Below are positions 6,946-15,858 of a stretch of 32,000 nucleotides of DNA, piece after piece. The translations under genes and the position numbers were made by a program. The stretch's first letter is position 1; every line of letters begins with the position of its first letter. Source of the stretch: an uncultured Planctomycetia bacterium (GTDB taxonomy: Bacteria; Omnitrophota; Gorgyraeia; Duberdicusellales; 4484-171); NCBI GenBank assembly GCA_964536865.1, contig CAZHYN010000001.1, forward strand, positions 30,001 to 62,000. The letters run 5' to 3'. A model generated the notes under the pieces. It was not told the DNA's origin. It saw nothing but the letters and a program-made list of their open reading frames with translations, and made no database searches.

Positions 6946-8914
6946 TCTAAGTTTTGTAAAGGAATTTATTGGTTTAAAAGAGCCACCGCAAAAGATAGCC
7001 GAGCTTTTAACTATGGCAGGGCTGGAGGTAGGACACATCTACCGAGAGGGAAATGATTGGATATTAGAAACAGAGGTTACCAGCAATCGTCCTGATTGGC
7101 TCTCTATTGTAGGAATAGCGTATGAACTTTCTGCTCTTCTGAGAAGAAAGTTAAAAATTAAGATACCCCGCTTGATGACAAAACCTTTATTGAAAGAGAT
7201 AGATATTATCATCCAAGATGAAGAAGGTTGTTCTGTATATCTAGCTAGGTTAATAAAGGGGGTAAAGGTAGAAGATTCTCCTTCTTGGTTAAAACAGAAG
7301 ATAGTAGGTTGTGGGATAAACCCTGTGAATAATATTGTAGATATAACTAACTACTGTATGATTAAGTGGGGCAATCCTTTACATGCTTTTGATTTTGATA
7401 AGATAGAAGGAGATGTTTATGTGCGAAGAGCAAAGAAGAGAGAAAAGTTTACAGGTTTAGATGAAAAAGAGAGGGTTTTAACTGAGGAGAATTTAGTAAT
7501 TGCTGATGAGAGAAAGGTTATTGCTTTAGCAGGAATAATTGGAGGCAAAAATACAGAGGTAGATGGGAATACTAAAAATATCCTTTTAGAAGGAGCAATT
7601 TTTTCTCCAGTAAGAATAAGACGTTCGAGAAGAGCGGTGGGGACAGAGACAGAGTCTTCCTACAGGTTTGAACGGAGAGTGTCTTGGGAAAGGTTGAAGG
7701 TAGCTTCTCAAGAAGCAGTTAATCTTATGCTTTCTTTAGGGGGAGGGAAATTATATGGATGTATAGAAAGAGGGAGGAGACCTCAGAAAAAAACAAGGAG
7801 AATAGTTATTAGCCTCCCCCATTTAGAGAACTATCTAGGGGAGAGGATTCCTAAACGAGAGGTAAAGACAGTTCTTACCTACCTTGGTTTTCAAATGGAA
7901 AAAGTTTATAAAGAGAAACTATATCTTAAACCACCTTCTTTACGTATGGATATTTCTTCTCCTGTTGATATTTATGAGGAAGTGGCACGGATATATGGGT
8001 ACGATAGAATAAAACCTACCTTACCTTTTATTCCTAAACAGATCTACAGGAGTTTCTACCAATTTAAAAAAGCATTGAGAGATTTTCTGACAAGCTTAGG
8101 TATTAAGGAAGTAATTACCTACAGCATAACCTCTCAGAGTTTGTTAGAAGAATTAAAGGAGAAGAATTTCATAAGGATTTCTAATCCCTTACGTCAGCAG
8201 GAGAACGTTTTGCGTCCTACTCTTTTATGTGGAATGATAGAAGTGGTAAAATACAATTTAAATCAGAGGGCTTCTACTCTTAAATTCTTTGAAATCGCAA
8301 ATGTTTACTTCAAGGAAGGAAATGGTTACAAGGAAGGAGCAAATTTAGCTATTGCCTTTAGTGGAGAGAAGAATCAGGTCTTTTATCTTAAGGGGGTAGT
8401 AGAAGAAATCTTTAGGTTTACTAACATAGGAAGTTACTCTTGGGTACCTAAAGAAAGGGTCAATTTTGCTAATGCATTAGATATAGTGAAGGATAATCAA
8501 CCTTTAGGATTCTTGGGTAAGATGAACTCAAGATTAAAAGAAAAATTCGATCTAACTGAAAATTTATACTTTGCTCAGATTGATTTGGAAAAGTTATGGG
8601 AGAAGAGAGGCCCACGATATTTTTCCCCTTTTAGTAGATTTCCTGCAGTTTTTAGAGATATAAGTATAGCTCTTAAAGAAGTTAGATTTTCTCAACTAGA
8701 GGAGATAATAAAGAAAGAGGCAGGAAGTTATTTTAAAAGAGTAGAAGTTATTGATCTCTATCAAGGGGAGAATATACCTCCTCAATTTTTTGCTCTAACT
8801 TTGAGAATTTACTACCAAGCTCCAGATAGAACATTAACTTCTATAGAAGTAGATGATATGCATAATCGTATAAGAAAAATCTTAGGAGAAATGGAAGGAG
8901 TAATTCTGCGTTAA
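6935..8914 (+). CDS. pheT: Phenylalanyl-tRNA synthetase beta subunit, short form lacking the N-terminal OB-fold tRNA-binding domain
   Basis: 659 aa. The B1 N-terminus (MKFSLSFVKEFI...LTMAGLEV) runs directly into EVTSNRPDWLSIVGIAYEL. B3/4, B5 and the C-terminal FDX-ACB-like domain (FPAVFRDISI) are present. 11-nt overlap with pheS. Confidence 0.92.
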   Translation: MKFSLSFVKEFIGLKEPPQKIAELLTMAGLEVGHIYREGNDWILETEVTSNRPDWLSIVGIAYELSALLRRKLKIKIPRLMTKPLLKEIDIIIQDEEGCSVYLARLIKGVKVEDSPSWLKQKIVGCGINPVNNIVDITNYCMIKWGNPLHAFDFDKIEGDVYVRRAKKREKFTGLDEKERVLTEENLVIADERKVIALAGIIGGKNTEVDGNTKNILLEGAIFSPVRIRRSRRAVGTETESSYRFERRVSWERLKVASQEAVNLMLSLGGGKLYGCIERGRRPQKKTRRIVISLPHLENYLGERIPKREVKTVLTYLGFQMEKVYKEKLYLKPPSLRMDISSPVDIYEEVARIYGYDRIKPTLPFIPKQIYRSFYQFKKALRDFLTSLGIKEVITYSITSQSLLEELKEKNFIRISNPLRQQENVLRPTLLCGMIEVVKYNLNQRASTLKFFEIANVYFKEGNGYKEGANLAIAFSGEKNQVFYLKGVVEEIFRFTNIGSYSWVPKERVNFANALDIVKDNQPLGFLGKMNSRLKEKFDLTENLYFAQIDLEKLWEKRGPRYFSPFSRFPAVFRDISIALKEVRFSQLEEIIKKEAGSYFKRVEVIDLYQGENIPPQFFALTLRIYYQAPDRTLTSIEVDDMHNRIRKILGEMEGVILR

Positions 8915-8921
8915 AATATTC

Positions 8922-8950
8922 TTGAAAAGTATCTTTTAGTATGGTATAAT
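8922..8950 (+). promoter_or_regulatory. Sigma70-type promoter: TTGAAA, 17-nt spacer, TATAAT with extended -10 (TGgTATAAT)
   Basis: TTGAAA at 8922-8927, a 17-nt spacer, TATAAT at 8945-8950 preceded by TGG. Lies immediately upstream of the GC-rich structured region. Confidence 0.7.
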
Positions 8951-8956
8951 CAAAAT

Positions 8957-9126
8957 GAAAATTCCCTGCCTGTTGCGTGAGCAGGCATTGCGCCACAGCC
9001 AACACTGTTTAAGAGGGAGCTTTTCTCTCCTACTGCTGAGGCAGTGGGAGGCGGCGCCCACCTGTATGAGGACCGGACTGTTGGTGGTAAGCCTGCCACG
9101 GACACAAGGCAGGGTTTTTAATTTTC
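8957..9126 (+). ncRNA. ssrS: Structured ncRNA of about 160-170 nt. Best guess is 6S RNA (ssrS-like): long closing helix, large central bubble, apical hairpin.
   Basis: A GC-rich island in AT-rich DNA with its own promoter. Hand-folded pairs: 8957-63/9120-26, 8964-70/9108-14, 8976-79/9097-9100, 8981-86/9091-96, 8993-95/9085-87, 8999-9004/9079-84. Bubble at 9005-9025 versus 9052-9078. 11-bp apical stem 9026-36/9041-51 with a UGAG loop. Ends with hairpin CCUGCC/GGCAGG plus U5. The exact ends are uncertain. Confidence 0.5.
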
Positions 9127-9139
9127 TCTTTCTGGAGAG

Positions 9140-10378
9140 ATGGCTGTCCCTTTAGCGGTTAAATTGAGACCTAATACCTTAGAAGAATTTGTAGGGCAGA
9201 AACATCTTTTAGGAGAGAGAAAACTTTTACGGCGAGCAATCCTTTCTAAAAGAGTCCCCCCTTTAATTTTCTGGGGTCCGGCAGGATGTGGTAAGACTAC
9301 GTTAGGGTTTATAATCGCTAATTATCTAAGTGCAGAATTTAAGTATCTTAATGCTGCCTTTTCCTCTCTGAAGGAGATTAAGGAGATTCTTGATCGGGCT
9401 CGTAGAGAATTTTCTAATACTCAGAAGCAGTTAATTCTCTTTGTTGATGAAATTCACCGCTTTAATAAACTTCAGCAGGAAGCTTTCCTCCCTGACACCG
9501 AACATGGGACGATAATCTTTATTGGAGCAACTATTTATAACCCCTACTACTACCTCATTCCCTCATTAATATCTCGAGCTATTGTAGCCCACTTTCACCC
9601 TCTAAGTAAAGAGGAAATAATTACTATTTTGAAGAGAGCGTTAAGAGATAAAGAGCGAGGGTTGGGGAATTTAAATATAAAGATTACCAATAGAGCCTTA
9701 GAGTATCTTGCTACTCTTTCTGGAGGTGATGCGAGAAAAGCTCTTTCTAGTTTAGAGATAGGTGCTTTAACTACCTCTTCCGATAGAGATGGGAGGATAA
9801 TTCTTAACTTAGAGGTAGCAAAAGAGATAATCCAGAAGAATATCTTCTATGATAAAAAGGATTCCTACCACTACGATACTATTTCTGCTTTTATAAAATC
9901 TATCAGAGGGTCAGATGTGGATGCTAGCCTCTATTGGTTAGCTAAGATGATAAAAGCAGGAGAGGACCCTCGGTTTATTGCTCGAAGGTTAGTTATTTTA
10001 GCTAGTGAAGATATAGGCAACGCTAACCCTTTTGCTCTGGTTTTAGCTACTAGTTGTTTTAAAGCTGTGGAATTTGTAGGAATGCCTGAAGCAAGTTTAA
10101 TTTTGGCTCAGATTACCATTTACTTAGCTTCTTCTCCTAAATCTAACGCTAGTTACAAAGCTCTAGAGAGAGCTATGCAAGATATAGAGAAAGAAGAGAC
10201 TAAGGAGGTTCCCTTTCATCTTAAAACACACTCTTCTCACTATAAATATCCTCACGATTTTGGAGGTTACCTAACACAGAGTTATGGTGTGAGCAGAAAA
10301 TATTATTATCCCCTTAGTGTAGGAGAAGAGAAAAAGATAAAGGAGTTTTTAGATAATTTAAGGTCCCCTAATAGCTAG
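9140..10378 (+). CDS. rarA: Replication-associated recombination protein A (MgsA/RarA AAA+ ATPase)
   Basis: 412 aa. Walker A GPAGCGKTT, Walker B/sensor LFVDEIHRFNK, and a C-terminal MgsA domain (YHYDTISAFIKSIRGSD, DPRFIARRL). SD GGAGAG upstream. Confidence 0.92.
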   Translation: MAVPLAVKLRPNTLEEFVGQKHLLGERKLLRRAILSKRVPPLIFWGPAGCGKTTLGFIIANYLSAEFKYLNAAFSSLKEIKEILDRARREFSNTQKQLILFVDEIHRFNKLQQEAFLPDTEHGTIIFIGATIYNPYYYLIPSLISRAIVAHFHPLSKEEIITILKRALRDKERGLGNLNIKITNRALEYLATLSGGDARKALSSLEIGALTTSSDRDGRIILNLEVAKEIIQKNIFYDKKDSYHYDTISAFIKSIRGSDVDASLYWLAKMIKAGEDPRFIARRLVILASEDIGNANPFALVLATSCFKAVEFVGMPEASLILAQITIYLASSPKSNASYKALERAMQDIEKEETKEVPFHLKTHSSHYKYPHDFGGYLTQSYGVSRKYYYPLSVGEEKKIKEFLDNLRSPNS

Positions 10379-10396
10379 CTTTAGCTAACTCTTTTG
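10372..10396 (+). terminator. Weak candidate intrinsic terminator after rarA
   Basis: TAGCTA (10372-77), GCTT loop, TAGCTA (10382-87). This gives a 6-bp stem, since TAGCTA is self-complementary, followed by ACTCTTTTG. The stem is short and AT-rich and the U tract is poor. Confidence 0.3.
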
Positions 10397-10425
10397 TAAT
10401 CAATAAGTTAAAATTTAAAAACATT

Positions 10426-10453
10426 TTTACTTTGGTTTAATTAATGGTATAAT
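10426..10453 (+). promoter_or_regulatory. Sigma70-type promoter: TTTACT, 16-nt spacer, TATAAT with extended -10 (TGgTATAAT)
   Basis: TTTACT at 10426-10431 and TGGTATAAT at 10445-10453. The 9-mer ATGGTATAA(T) is the same as in the promoter at 8941-8950. Confidence 0.55.
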
Positions 10454-10479
10454 AAAAATTCTATAGCAACCAATAAAAA

Positions 10480-11034
10480 GTGAAGGGTAATCTGAGAAAA
10501 AAATTATTGGACAAATTGCTTTCCCTTACTTTGGAGGAGATAGAAAGGAGGAGTAGAAATGTTGAGAAGAATTTACAAAAACTTCATGAATATATTAAGG
10601 CTAAATGTATTATGGTCTACTATCCTTTAAAGGGTGAAGTAAACCTTTTAGGGATGGTGAGGAAGGATATGGATAAAAAAAGGATATGCTTCCCTTTTAT
10701 AAAAGGAAGGGAGCTGTATCCTTACGAGGTAAAAGATCTGGATGAAGATTTTATAAAAGGACCTTGGGGAGTTACTCATCCTAATCCCGAGAAGACAAAA
10801 AGAGTGAAACTAAGAGAGTTAGATTTAGTGATTATTCCAGGATTAGGGTTTAGTCCTCAAGGAGAGCGGTTAGGTAGAGGAAAAGGCTTTTACGATCGCT
10901 TTTTAAAAAAATTACCTAAGGAGACAAAAAAAATTGGCGTTGCTTTTGATTTCCAAATAATAGAAAACCTTCCTCATCAATTCCCTCACGATGAAAAGGT
11001 AGACATCTTAATTACTGACACTAACTCTTTTTAA
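10480..11034 (+). CDS. 5-formyltetrahydrofolate cyclo-ligase (MTHFS/YgfA family), GTG start
   Basis: 184 aa. [27 protein letters not shown] matches the family signature. Confidence 0.85.
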   Translation: MKGNLRKKLLDKLLSLTLEEIERRSRNVEKNLQKLHEYIKAKCIMVYYPLKGEVNLLGMVRKDMDKKRICFPFIKGRELYPYEVKDLDEDFIKGPWGVTHPNPEKTKRVKLRELDLVIIPGLGFSPQGERLGRGKGFYDRFLKKLPKETKKIGVAFDFQIIENLPHQFPHDEKVDILITDTNSF

Positions 11035-11065
11035 ATATCACAGCTTAAAAAATAAGGAGGTAAAA

Positions 11066-12616
11066 ATGCTTGCTATTTATATTATCCTCGGAATACTGGC
11101 AGGGTTAGGAGGAGGATATCTTTTAGGAGAACTTTTAGGAAAAGGTAGGGTTAAAAGAGCAAGAGAAGAAGCAACAAAATTTATAGAGGAAGCAAACCAG
11201 AAAGCAGAGCAAATTATTAGAAAAGCAGATTTGGACGCTAAAGAAATGCTTTACAAATTAAGGTTAGACTTTGAGAAACAGACAAGCCAAAAGAAGGAAG
11301 GACTTGCTCATTTAGAGAGGAAGTTAACTCAAAGGGAGGAAAATCTGGAGAGAAGATTAGATTTTATAGAGAGTAAGGAGAGAGAACTCTCTAGACGAGA
11401 AGAAAACCTAAAAACTGCCTCTCGGGAATTGGAAGAACAAAGAGAAGAATTAGGTAGATTAATTGCAGAAGAGAAAGAGCATCTTCAGAAAATTTCTTCT
11501 TTAACTCCTCAAGAAGCTAGAGAACTTCTTCTTAAGAGATTTGAGGAGGAGTTACGGCAAGAGAAGGCAAAGATGTTGAGAGAGATAGAAGAGGAAGTTA
11601 AAGAAGAAGCAGAGAAGAAAGCTAAAGAGATCGTTTCCTTAGCAATTCAACGTTGTGCAGTAGAGCATACTACAGAAACTACGGTAAGTGTAGTGCAGCT
11701 TCCCAACGATGAGATAAAGGGAAGGATTATTGGTCGAGAAGGGAGAAATATAAGAGCTTTTGAGATGGTTACAGGGGTAGATTTAGTTATTGACGATACC
11801 CCTGAAGCAGTAAGTATATCCAGTTTCGATCCTATAAGGAGAGAAATTGCTCGTTTAGCTTTAGAGAGTTTAGTCGCTGATGGGAGAATTCATCCTGCAC
11901 GTATTGAAGAGGTAGTGGAGAAGACAAAGAAAGAGTTTGAAAAGAAGTTGATAGAAGAAGGTAAACAAGCTGCTTTTGAGGTAGGGATTCATAACCTTCA
12001 TCCTGAGTTAGTAAAGCTGTTGGGGAAGCTGAAGTATAGAACTAGCTTTGGCCAGAATGCCCTTCAACATTCTAAGGAGGTAGCATTTATTATGGGGATA
12101 TTAGCTGCAGAGTTAAATTTAAATTCACATTTAGCTAAAAGAGTGGGTTTGCTTCATGATATTGGAAAGGCAGTAGATCATCAGGTGGAAGGTACACATT
12201 CTAAAATTGGAGCAGAACTCCTAAGAAAGTATGGGGAAAATGAAATTGTAGTTAATGCTGCGGAAGCCCATCATGAAGAAGCAGAGTTTAAATCTCTCTA
12301 TAGCCTTCTAGCCTTAGTAGCAGATGCCATAAGTGCTTCTCGACCAGGAGCAAGAAGAGAGACCTTAGAGACTTATATAAAGAGATTACATGAGTTAGAG
12401 AGTATCGCTTCTTCTTTCGAAGGAGTAGAGAAAGCTTTTGCTATCCAAGCAGGAAGAGAGATAAGAGTTATTGTGAGTCCTAACAAAATAAAGGATGAAG
12501 AGATAGCTTTGTTGGCTTTGGAGATAAAGAAAAGGATAGAGAAAGAGATGGAATACCCTGGGCAGATTAAGATAACAGTAATAAGAGAGGTAAGGGCTAT
12601 AGATTACGCAAAGTAA
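11066..12616 (+). CDS. rny: Ribonuclease Y
   Basis: 516 aa. N-terminal TM helix ([20 protein letters not shown]), a long coiled-coil, KH domain ([17 protein letters not shown]), HD domain (GLLHDIGKA...EAHHEE). SD AAGGAGG upstream. Confidence 0.95.
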   Translation: MLAIYIILGILAGLGGGYLLGELLGKGRVKRAREEATKFIEEANQKAEQIIRKADLDAKEMLYKLRLDFEKQTSQKKEGLAHLERKLTQREENLERRLDFIESKERELSRREENLKTASRELEEQREELGRLIAEEKEHLQKISSLTPQEARELLLKRFEEELRQEKAKMLREIEEEVKEEAEKKAKEIVSLAIQRCAVEHTTETTVSVVQLPNDEIKGRIIGREGRNIRAFEMVTGVDLVIDDTPEAVSISSFDPIRREIARLALESLVADGRIHPARIEEVVEKTKKEFEKKLIEEGKQAAFEVGIHNLHPELVKLLGKLKYRTSFGQNALQHSKEVAFIMGILAAELNLNSHLAKRVGLLHDIGKAVDHQVEGTHSKIGAELLRKYGENEIVVNAAEAHHEEAEFKSLYSLLALVADAISASRPGARRETLETYIKRLHELESIASSFEGVEKAFAIQAGREIRVIVSPNKIKDEEIALLALEIKKRIEKEMEYPGQIKITVIREVRAIDYAK

Positions 12617-12618
12617 AA

Positions 12619-13401
12619 ATGAGAATCTTATTTATAGGAGATATCGTTGGTAGGCCAGCACGTCAGTATTTAAGAGAGGTTCTACCGCGGATACGAGAAA
12701 CGAGGAGAATAGATTTTGTAATTGCTAATGGAGAAAATGCTAGTGGTGGTTCAAGTATTGTTCCTTCTACTGCCAGAGAATTATTCTCTGTAGGGATAGA
12801 TGTGATTACTAGTGGTGATCACATATTTAAAAAGAGAGAAGCAAAACAAACCTTAGAAAATATGGATGTGTTAAGGCCTCTTAATTATGGAGAGAATGCC
12901 TGGGGAAGGGGTTTCTTGATAAAAAAGATAAACGGGGTTAAAATAGCTGTAGTTAATCTTTTGGGAAGAGTGTTCATGCAACCCATAGATTGCCCTTTCA
13001 AGAGTATAAGGGAACTTCTTCCTCGTATAGAGAAAGAAGCAAGGATTATAATTGTAGATATGCATGGAGAAGCTACTTCAGAGAAGTTAGCTATGGGTTA
13101 TTTTTTAGCAGGTAAAGTAAGTGCGGTGTTAGGCACTCATACCCATATTCCTACTGCGGATGAAAGGATAATCGAAAACTTCACTGGTTATATCACTGAC
13201 GTAGGAATGACAGGGAGTTTTGATTCTATTTTAGGGAGAGAGAAGCATCAGATTATAGAAAGGTTTATTACCAATCTTCCTCTACGTTTTAACCTAGCAG
13301 AGAAAGACGTAAGAATCCAGGGGGTAATTTTAGAGATAGATGCCTCCACAGGGAGATGTTTATCTATTAAACGCTTAGAAGAAAGAAGGGAGGTAGAATG
13401 A
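12619..13401 (+). CDS. ymdB: YmdB-family metallophosphoesterase (2',3'-cyclic-nucleotide phosphodiesterase, TIGR00282 type)
   Basis: 260 aa. MRILFIGDIVGRPAR, ANGENASGG, DMHGEATSEK, GTHTHIPTAD. The conserved rny-ymdB gene pair is known from Bacillus. Confidence 0.9.
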   Translation: MRILFIGDIVGRPARQYLREVLPRIRETRRIDFVIANGENASGGSSIVPSTARELFSVGIDVITSGDHIFKKREAKQTLENMDVLRPLNYGENAWGRGFLIKKINGVKIAVVNLLGRVFMQPIDCPFKSIRELLPRIEKEARIIIVDMHGEATSEKLAMGYFLAGKVSAVLGTHTHIPTADERIIENFTGYITDVGMTGSFDSILGREKHQIIERFITNLPLRFNLAEKDVRIQGVILEIDASTGRCLSIKRLEERREVE

Positions 13402-13772
13402 ATTGGGAGGGACAAGAGAGAAGGAAATTTCCTCGTGCAACCTTTCCTTGTAAAATAATTCTTTCTTCTCCTATACGACTTTTTTCTTCGCATACTGAGA
13501 ATATCAGTGAAGGAGGGGTAAGGGTTCTTCTGGAGAATAAATTAGAACTCTTCACTACTGTGGGTTTGGAGATTTTTTTAGAAAAGGATAGACCAATAAA
13601 GTGTAAAGGGAGAGTGGTGTGGGTAATTGAGAGGGTCAATCCTTTAAAGAGAGAGTCCTTAATGTTCGATACAGGTATTGAGTTTAGTGAGATCTCCAAC
13701 CAGGACCGTGAATATATTAGAAATTTAATAACTACCATTATATCTCAAGGGAAGGAAGAGAAGAAAGATTAA
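13398..13772 (+). CDS. PilZ-domain protein (putative c-di-GMP receptor)
   Basis: 124 aa. An RxxxR motif (ERRKFPR) and a D/NxSxxG motif (ENISEGG) at the expected spacing. ATGA overlap with ymdB. Confidence 0.8.
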   Translation: MNWEGQERRKFPRATFPCKIILSSPIRLFSSHTENISEGGVRVLLENKLELFTTVGLEIFLEKDRPIKCKGRVVWVIERVNPLKRESLMFDTGIEFSEISNQDREYIRNLITTIISQGKEEKKD

Positions 13773-13777
13773 CAAAG

Positions 13778-15646
13778 ATGTTTTTAGAAAGAGTCAATTT
13801 TCCTCAAGATTTAAAAAAGCTTTCTCTTAAGGAGCTAGAAATTTTAGCTGAGGAGATACGACAGTTAATTATTAAAGTAGTCTCTCAAAAAGGAGGTCAC
13901 TTAGCTAGTTCTTTAGGGGCAGTGGAGTTATGTATCGCTCTACATTACTGTTTAGATACTCCCCGAGATAGTCTCATCTTTGATGTAGGACATCAATGTT
14001 ACGCCCATAAGATTATTACCGGCAGAAAAGATAGTTTTTTTCGTCTAAGAGAATATAAGGGAATGAGTGGATTTCCTAACCCTCAGGAGTCCTGCTACGA
14101 TTTGTTTATTTCAGGGCATGCTTCTACAGCAGTGAGTTGGGCAGTGGGGTTAGCAGAGGCGAAGAGATTAAAGAGTGATGAGAGCGAAACAGTAGCAGTA
14201 ATTGGGGATGGTTCCTTAACCGGGGGGATGTGTTTTGAGGCTTTAAACTTATGCGGTCATATTAAGAGTAACGTCTTAGTGATTTTGAATCATAACCAGA
14301 TGAGCATTTCCCCCTCAGTAGGAGCCTTAACTAATTATCTTACCAAAATAATTTCTCTACCTATCTATAACAAGATAAAAAATGAGTTAGAGAGGTTACT
14401 TAAGCACTTACCTAAGTTTGCTAAAAATCTGGCAATAAAAGCAAAAAAATTTGAGGAAACTATAAAGGGATTAATTGTTCCTGGGATATTCTTTGAAGAG
14501 TTAGGATTTAGGTACTTTGGTCCTATCGATGGGCATAATTTAGAAGTTCTTATTCCTACTATAAGAAACATTCTCCACTTAAAAGGCCCAAGAATCTTAC
14601 ATGTGGTTACGAAGAAAGGTAGAGGATATCCTCGGGCAGAAGAGAATCCAGAGAAATTTCATAGTCCTTCGGTGAGCAAGTCTTCAAAGGTTAACAAAAG
14701 CAATGATTTTAGTAGGGTTTTCTCTAAGAAGTTAATTTCTCTAGCAGAAAAAGATAAACGAATAGTAGCGATTACTGCTGCTATGCCTGAAGGTACAGGG
14801 TTGGCATTGTTTAAAGAGGTTTATCCTGATAGATTTTTTGATGTGGGAATTGCTGAAGCAAATGCTGTAGGTTTTGCTGCAGGATTAGCTAAAGGAGGAC
14901 GAAAGCCAGTAATAGCTATTTATTCTACCTTCCTACAACGCGCCTTTGATCAGATAATTCATGATGTAGCTTTACAGAAATTACCAGTTATTTTTGCTAT
15001 CGATAGAGCAGGGTTAGTAGGAGAAGACGGTCCTACTCACCATGGAATTTTTGATATTTCCTATTTGAGAATGATTCCTAACATAGTTTGTATGGCTCCT
15101 AAGGATAGAGAGGAGTTAGAGGAGATGTTGGAGTTTAGCTTAAGTTTAGATAAACCGGTAAGTTTACGTTATCCCAAAGGTAAGAGCTATGTTTTAGGCA
15201 AGAGAGAGAAGATAATTTTAGGAAAAGCGGAGGTATTAAAAGAAGGAAAGGATCTGTGCATAGTTGCCTTAGGTTCCATGGTTAGAGAAGCGCACTTAGC
15301 GGTAAGTAAGCTAGAGAGAGAAGGGATAGATGTTTTCTTAGTGAATGCCCGATTTATAAAGCCCTTGGATGAGGAATTACTTAAATTTTTAGCCTCCCGT
15401 TTTAATTTAATTGTTACTGTGGAGGAAGGAGTTTTAAAGGGTGGGTTTGGTTCTGCTGTTATGGAGCTTTATGAAAAGAATGGACTTCTTGATAAGGTGA
15501 AATTGGTGAGGATAGGAGTAAAAGATGAATTTCCTACTTTTGGTAAACGAGAGCAGCTTTTAGAAATTTATTCTTTGGATTCGCAAGGTATTTATAGTCG
15601 AATAATTACCATTCTTAAGAGTAAACAATTCTTATGGCAAAGGTAA
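13778..15646 (+). CDS. dxs: 1-deoxy-D-xylulose-5-phosphate synthase
   Basis: 622 aa. GHLASSLG, DVGHQCYAHKIITGR, TPP motif VIGDGSLTGGMCFEALN, and a transketolase-like middle and C-terminal domain. Confidence 0.95.
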   Translation: MFLERVNFPQDLKKLSLKELEILAEEIRQLIIKVVSQKGGHLASSLGAVELCIALHYCLDTPRDSLIFDVGHQCYAHKIITGRKDSFFRLREYKGMSGFPNPQESCYDLFISGHASTAVSWAVGLAEAKRLKSDESETVAVIGDGSLTGGMCFEALNLCGHIKSNVLVILNHNQMSISPSVGALTNYLTKIISLPIYNKIKNELERLLKHLPKFAKNLAIKAKKFEETIKGLIVPGIFFEELGFRYFGPIDGHNLEVLIPTIRNILHLKGPRILHVVTKKGRGYPRAEENPEKFHSPSVSKSSKVNKSNDFSRVFSKKLISLAEKDKRIVAITAAMPEGTGLALFKEVYPDRFFDVGIAEANAVGFAAGLAKGGRKPVIAIYSTFLQRAFDQIIHDVALQKLPVIFAIDRAGLVGEDGPTHHGIFDISYLRMIPNIVCMAPKDREELEEMLEFSLSLDKPVSLRYPKGKSYVLGKREKIILGKAEVLKEGKDLCIVALGSMVREAHLAVSKLEREGIDVFLVNARFIKPLDEELLKFLASRFNLIVTVEEGVLKGGFGSAVMELYEKNGLLDKVKLVRIGVKDEFPTFGKREQLLEIYSLDSQGIYSRIITILKSKQFLWQR

Positions 15647-15858
15647 AGATAGATAAAGAAAGATGCAAGGGCTGTGGATTATGTATTCTTTTTTGCCCCT
15701 TCGGACACTTGCAATTTTCCCAAGAATTGAATAAAAGAGGTAACCGGTATGCTGAGCCTAAGAAAGGAAGTGAATGTAAAGGGTGTAAGCGGTGTTATTT
15801 AATCTGTCCTGACTACTGCATTGAGATTTACCAAGAGGATGCCTCAGAAAAAAAGTAG
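15634..15858 (+). CDS. korD: 2-oxoacid:ferredoxin oxidoreductase delta subunit (2x[4Fe-4S] ferredoxin)
   Basis: 74 aa with two cluster motifs, CKGCGLCILFCP and CKGCKRCYLICP. 13-nt overlap with dxs. Followed by the alpha, beta and gamma subunits. Confidence 0.85.
   Translation: MAKVKIDKERCKGCGLCILFCPFGHLQFSQELNKRGNRYAEPKKGSECKGCKRCYLICPDYCIEIYQEDASEKK

Noticed and set aside
8957-9126. Alternative identity of the structured RNA as SRP (4.5S) RNA, tmRNA, RNase P RNA or a riboswitch for rarA
   Set aside because: It is too short for tmRNA or RNase P. It lacks the SRP helix-8 signature: there is no GNRA apical loop (it is UGAG) and no GGAAGCAGCC-like motif. A riboswitch is unlikely because the element has its own terminator-like 3' end and a rod shape with a large central bubble. 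The 6S assignment is still unproven without a covariance-model search.
8955-9155. 66-aa ORF in the track (MKIPCLLREQALRHSQHCLRGS...)
   Set aside because: It lies wholly within the GC-rich structured RNA region and runs across the hairpin/U-tract and into the rarA start. It has no SD, and its Cys/Arg/Leu-rich composition is unlike the Lys/Glu/Ile-rich proteins of this genome. It is best explained as an artefact of the ncRNA.
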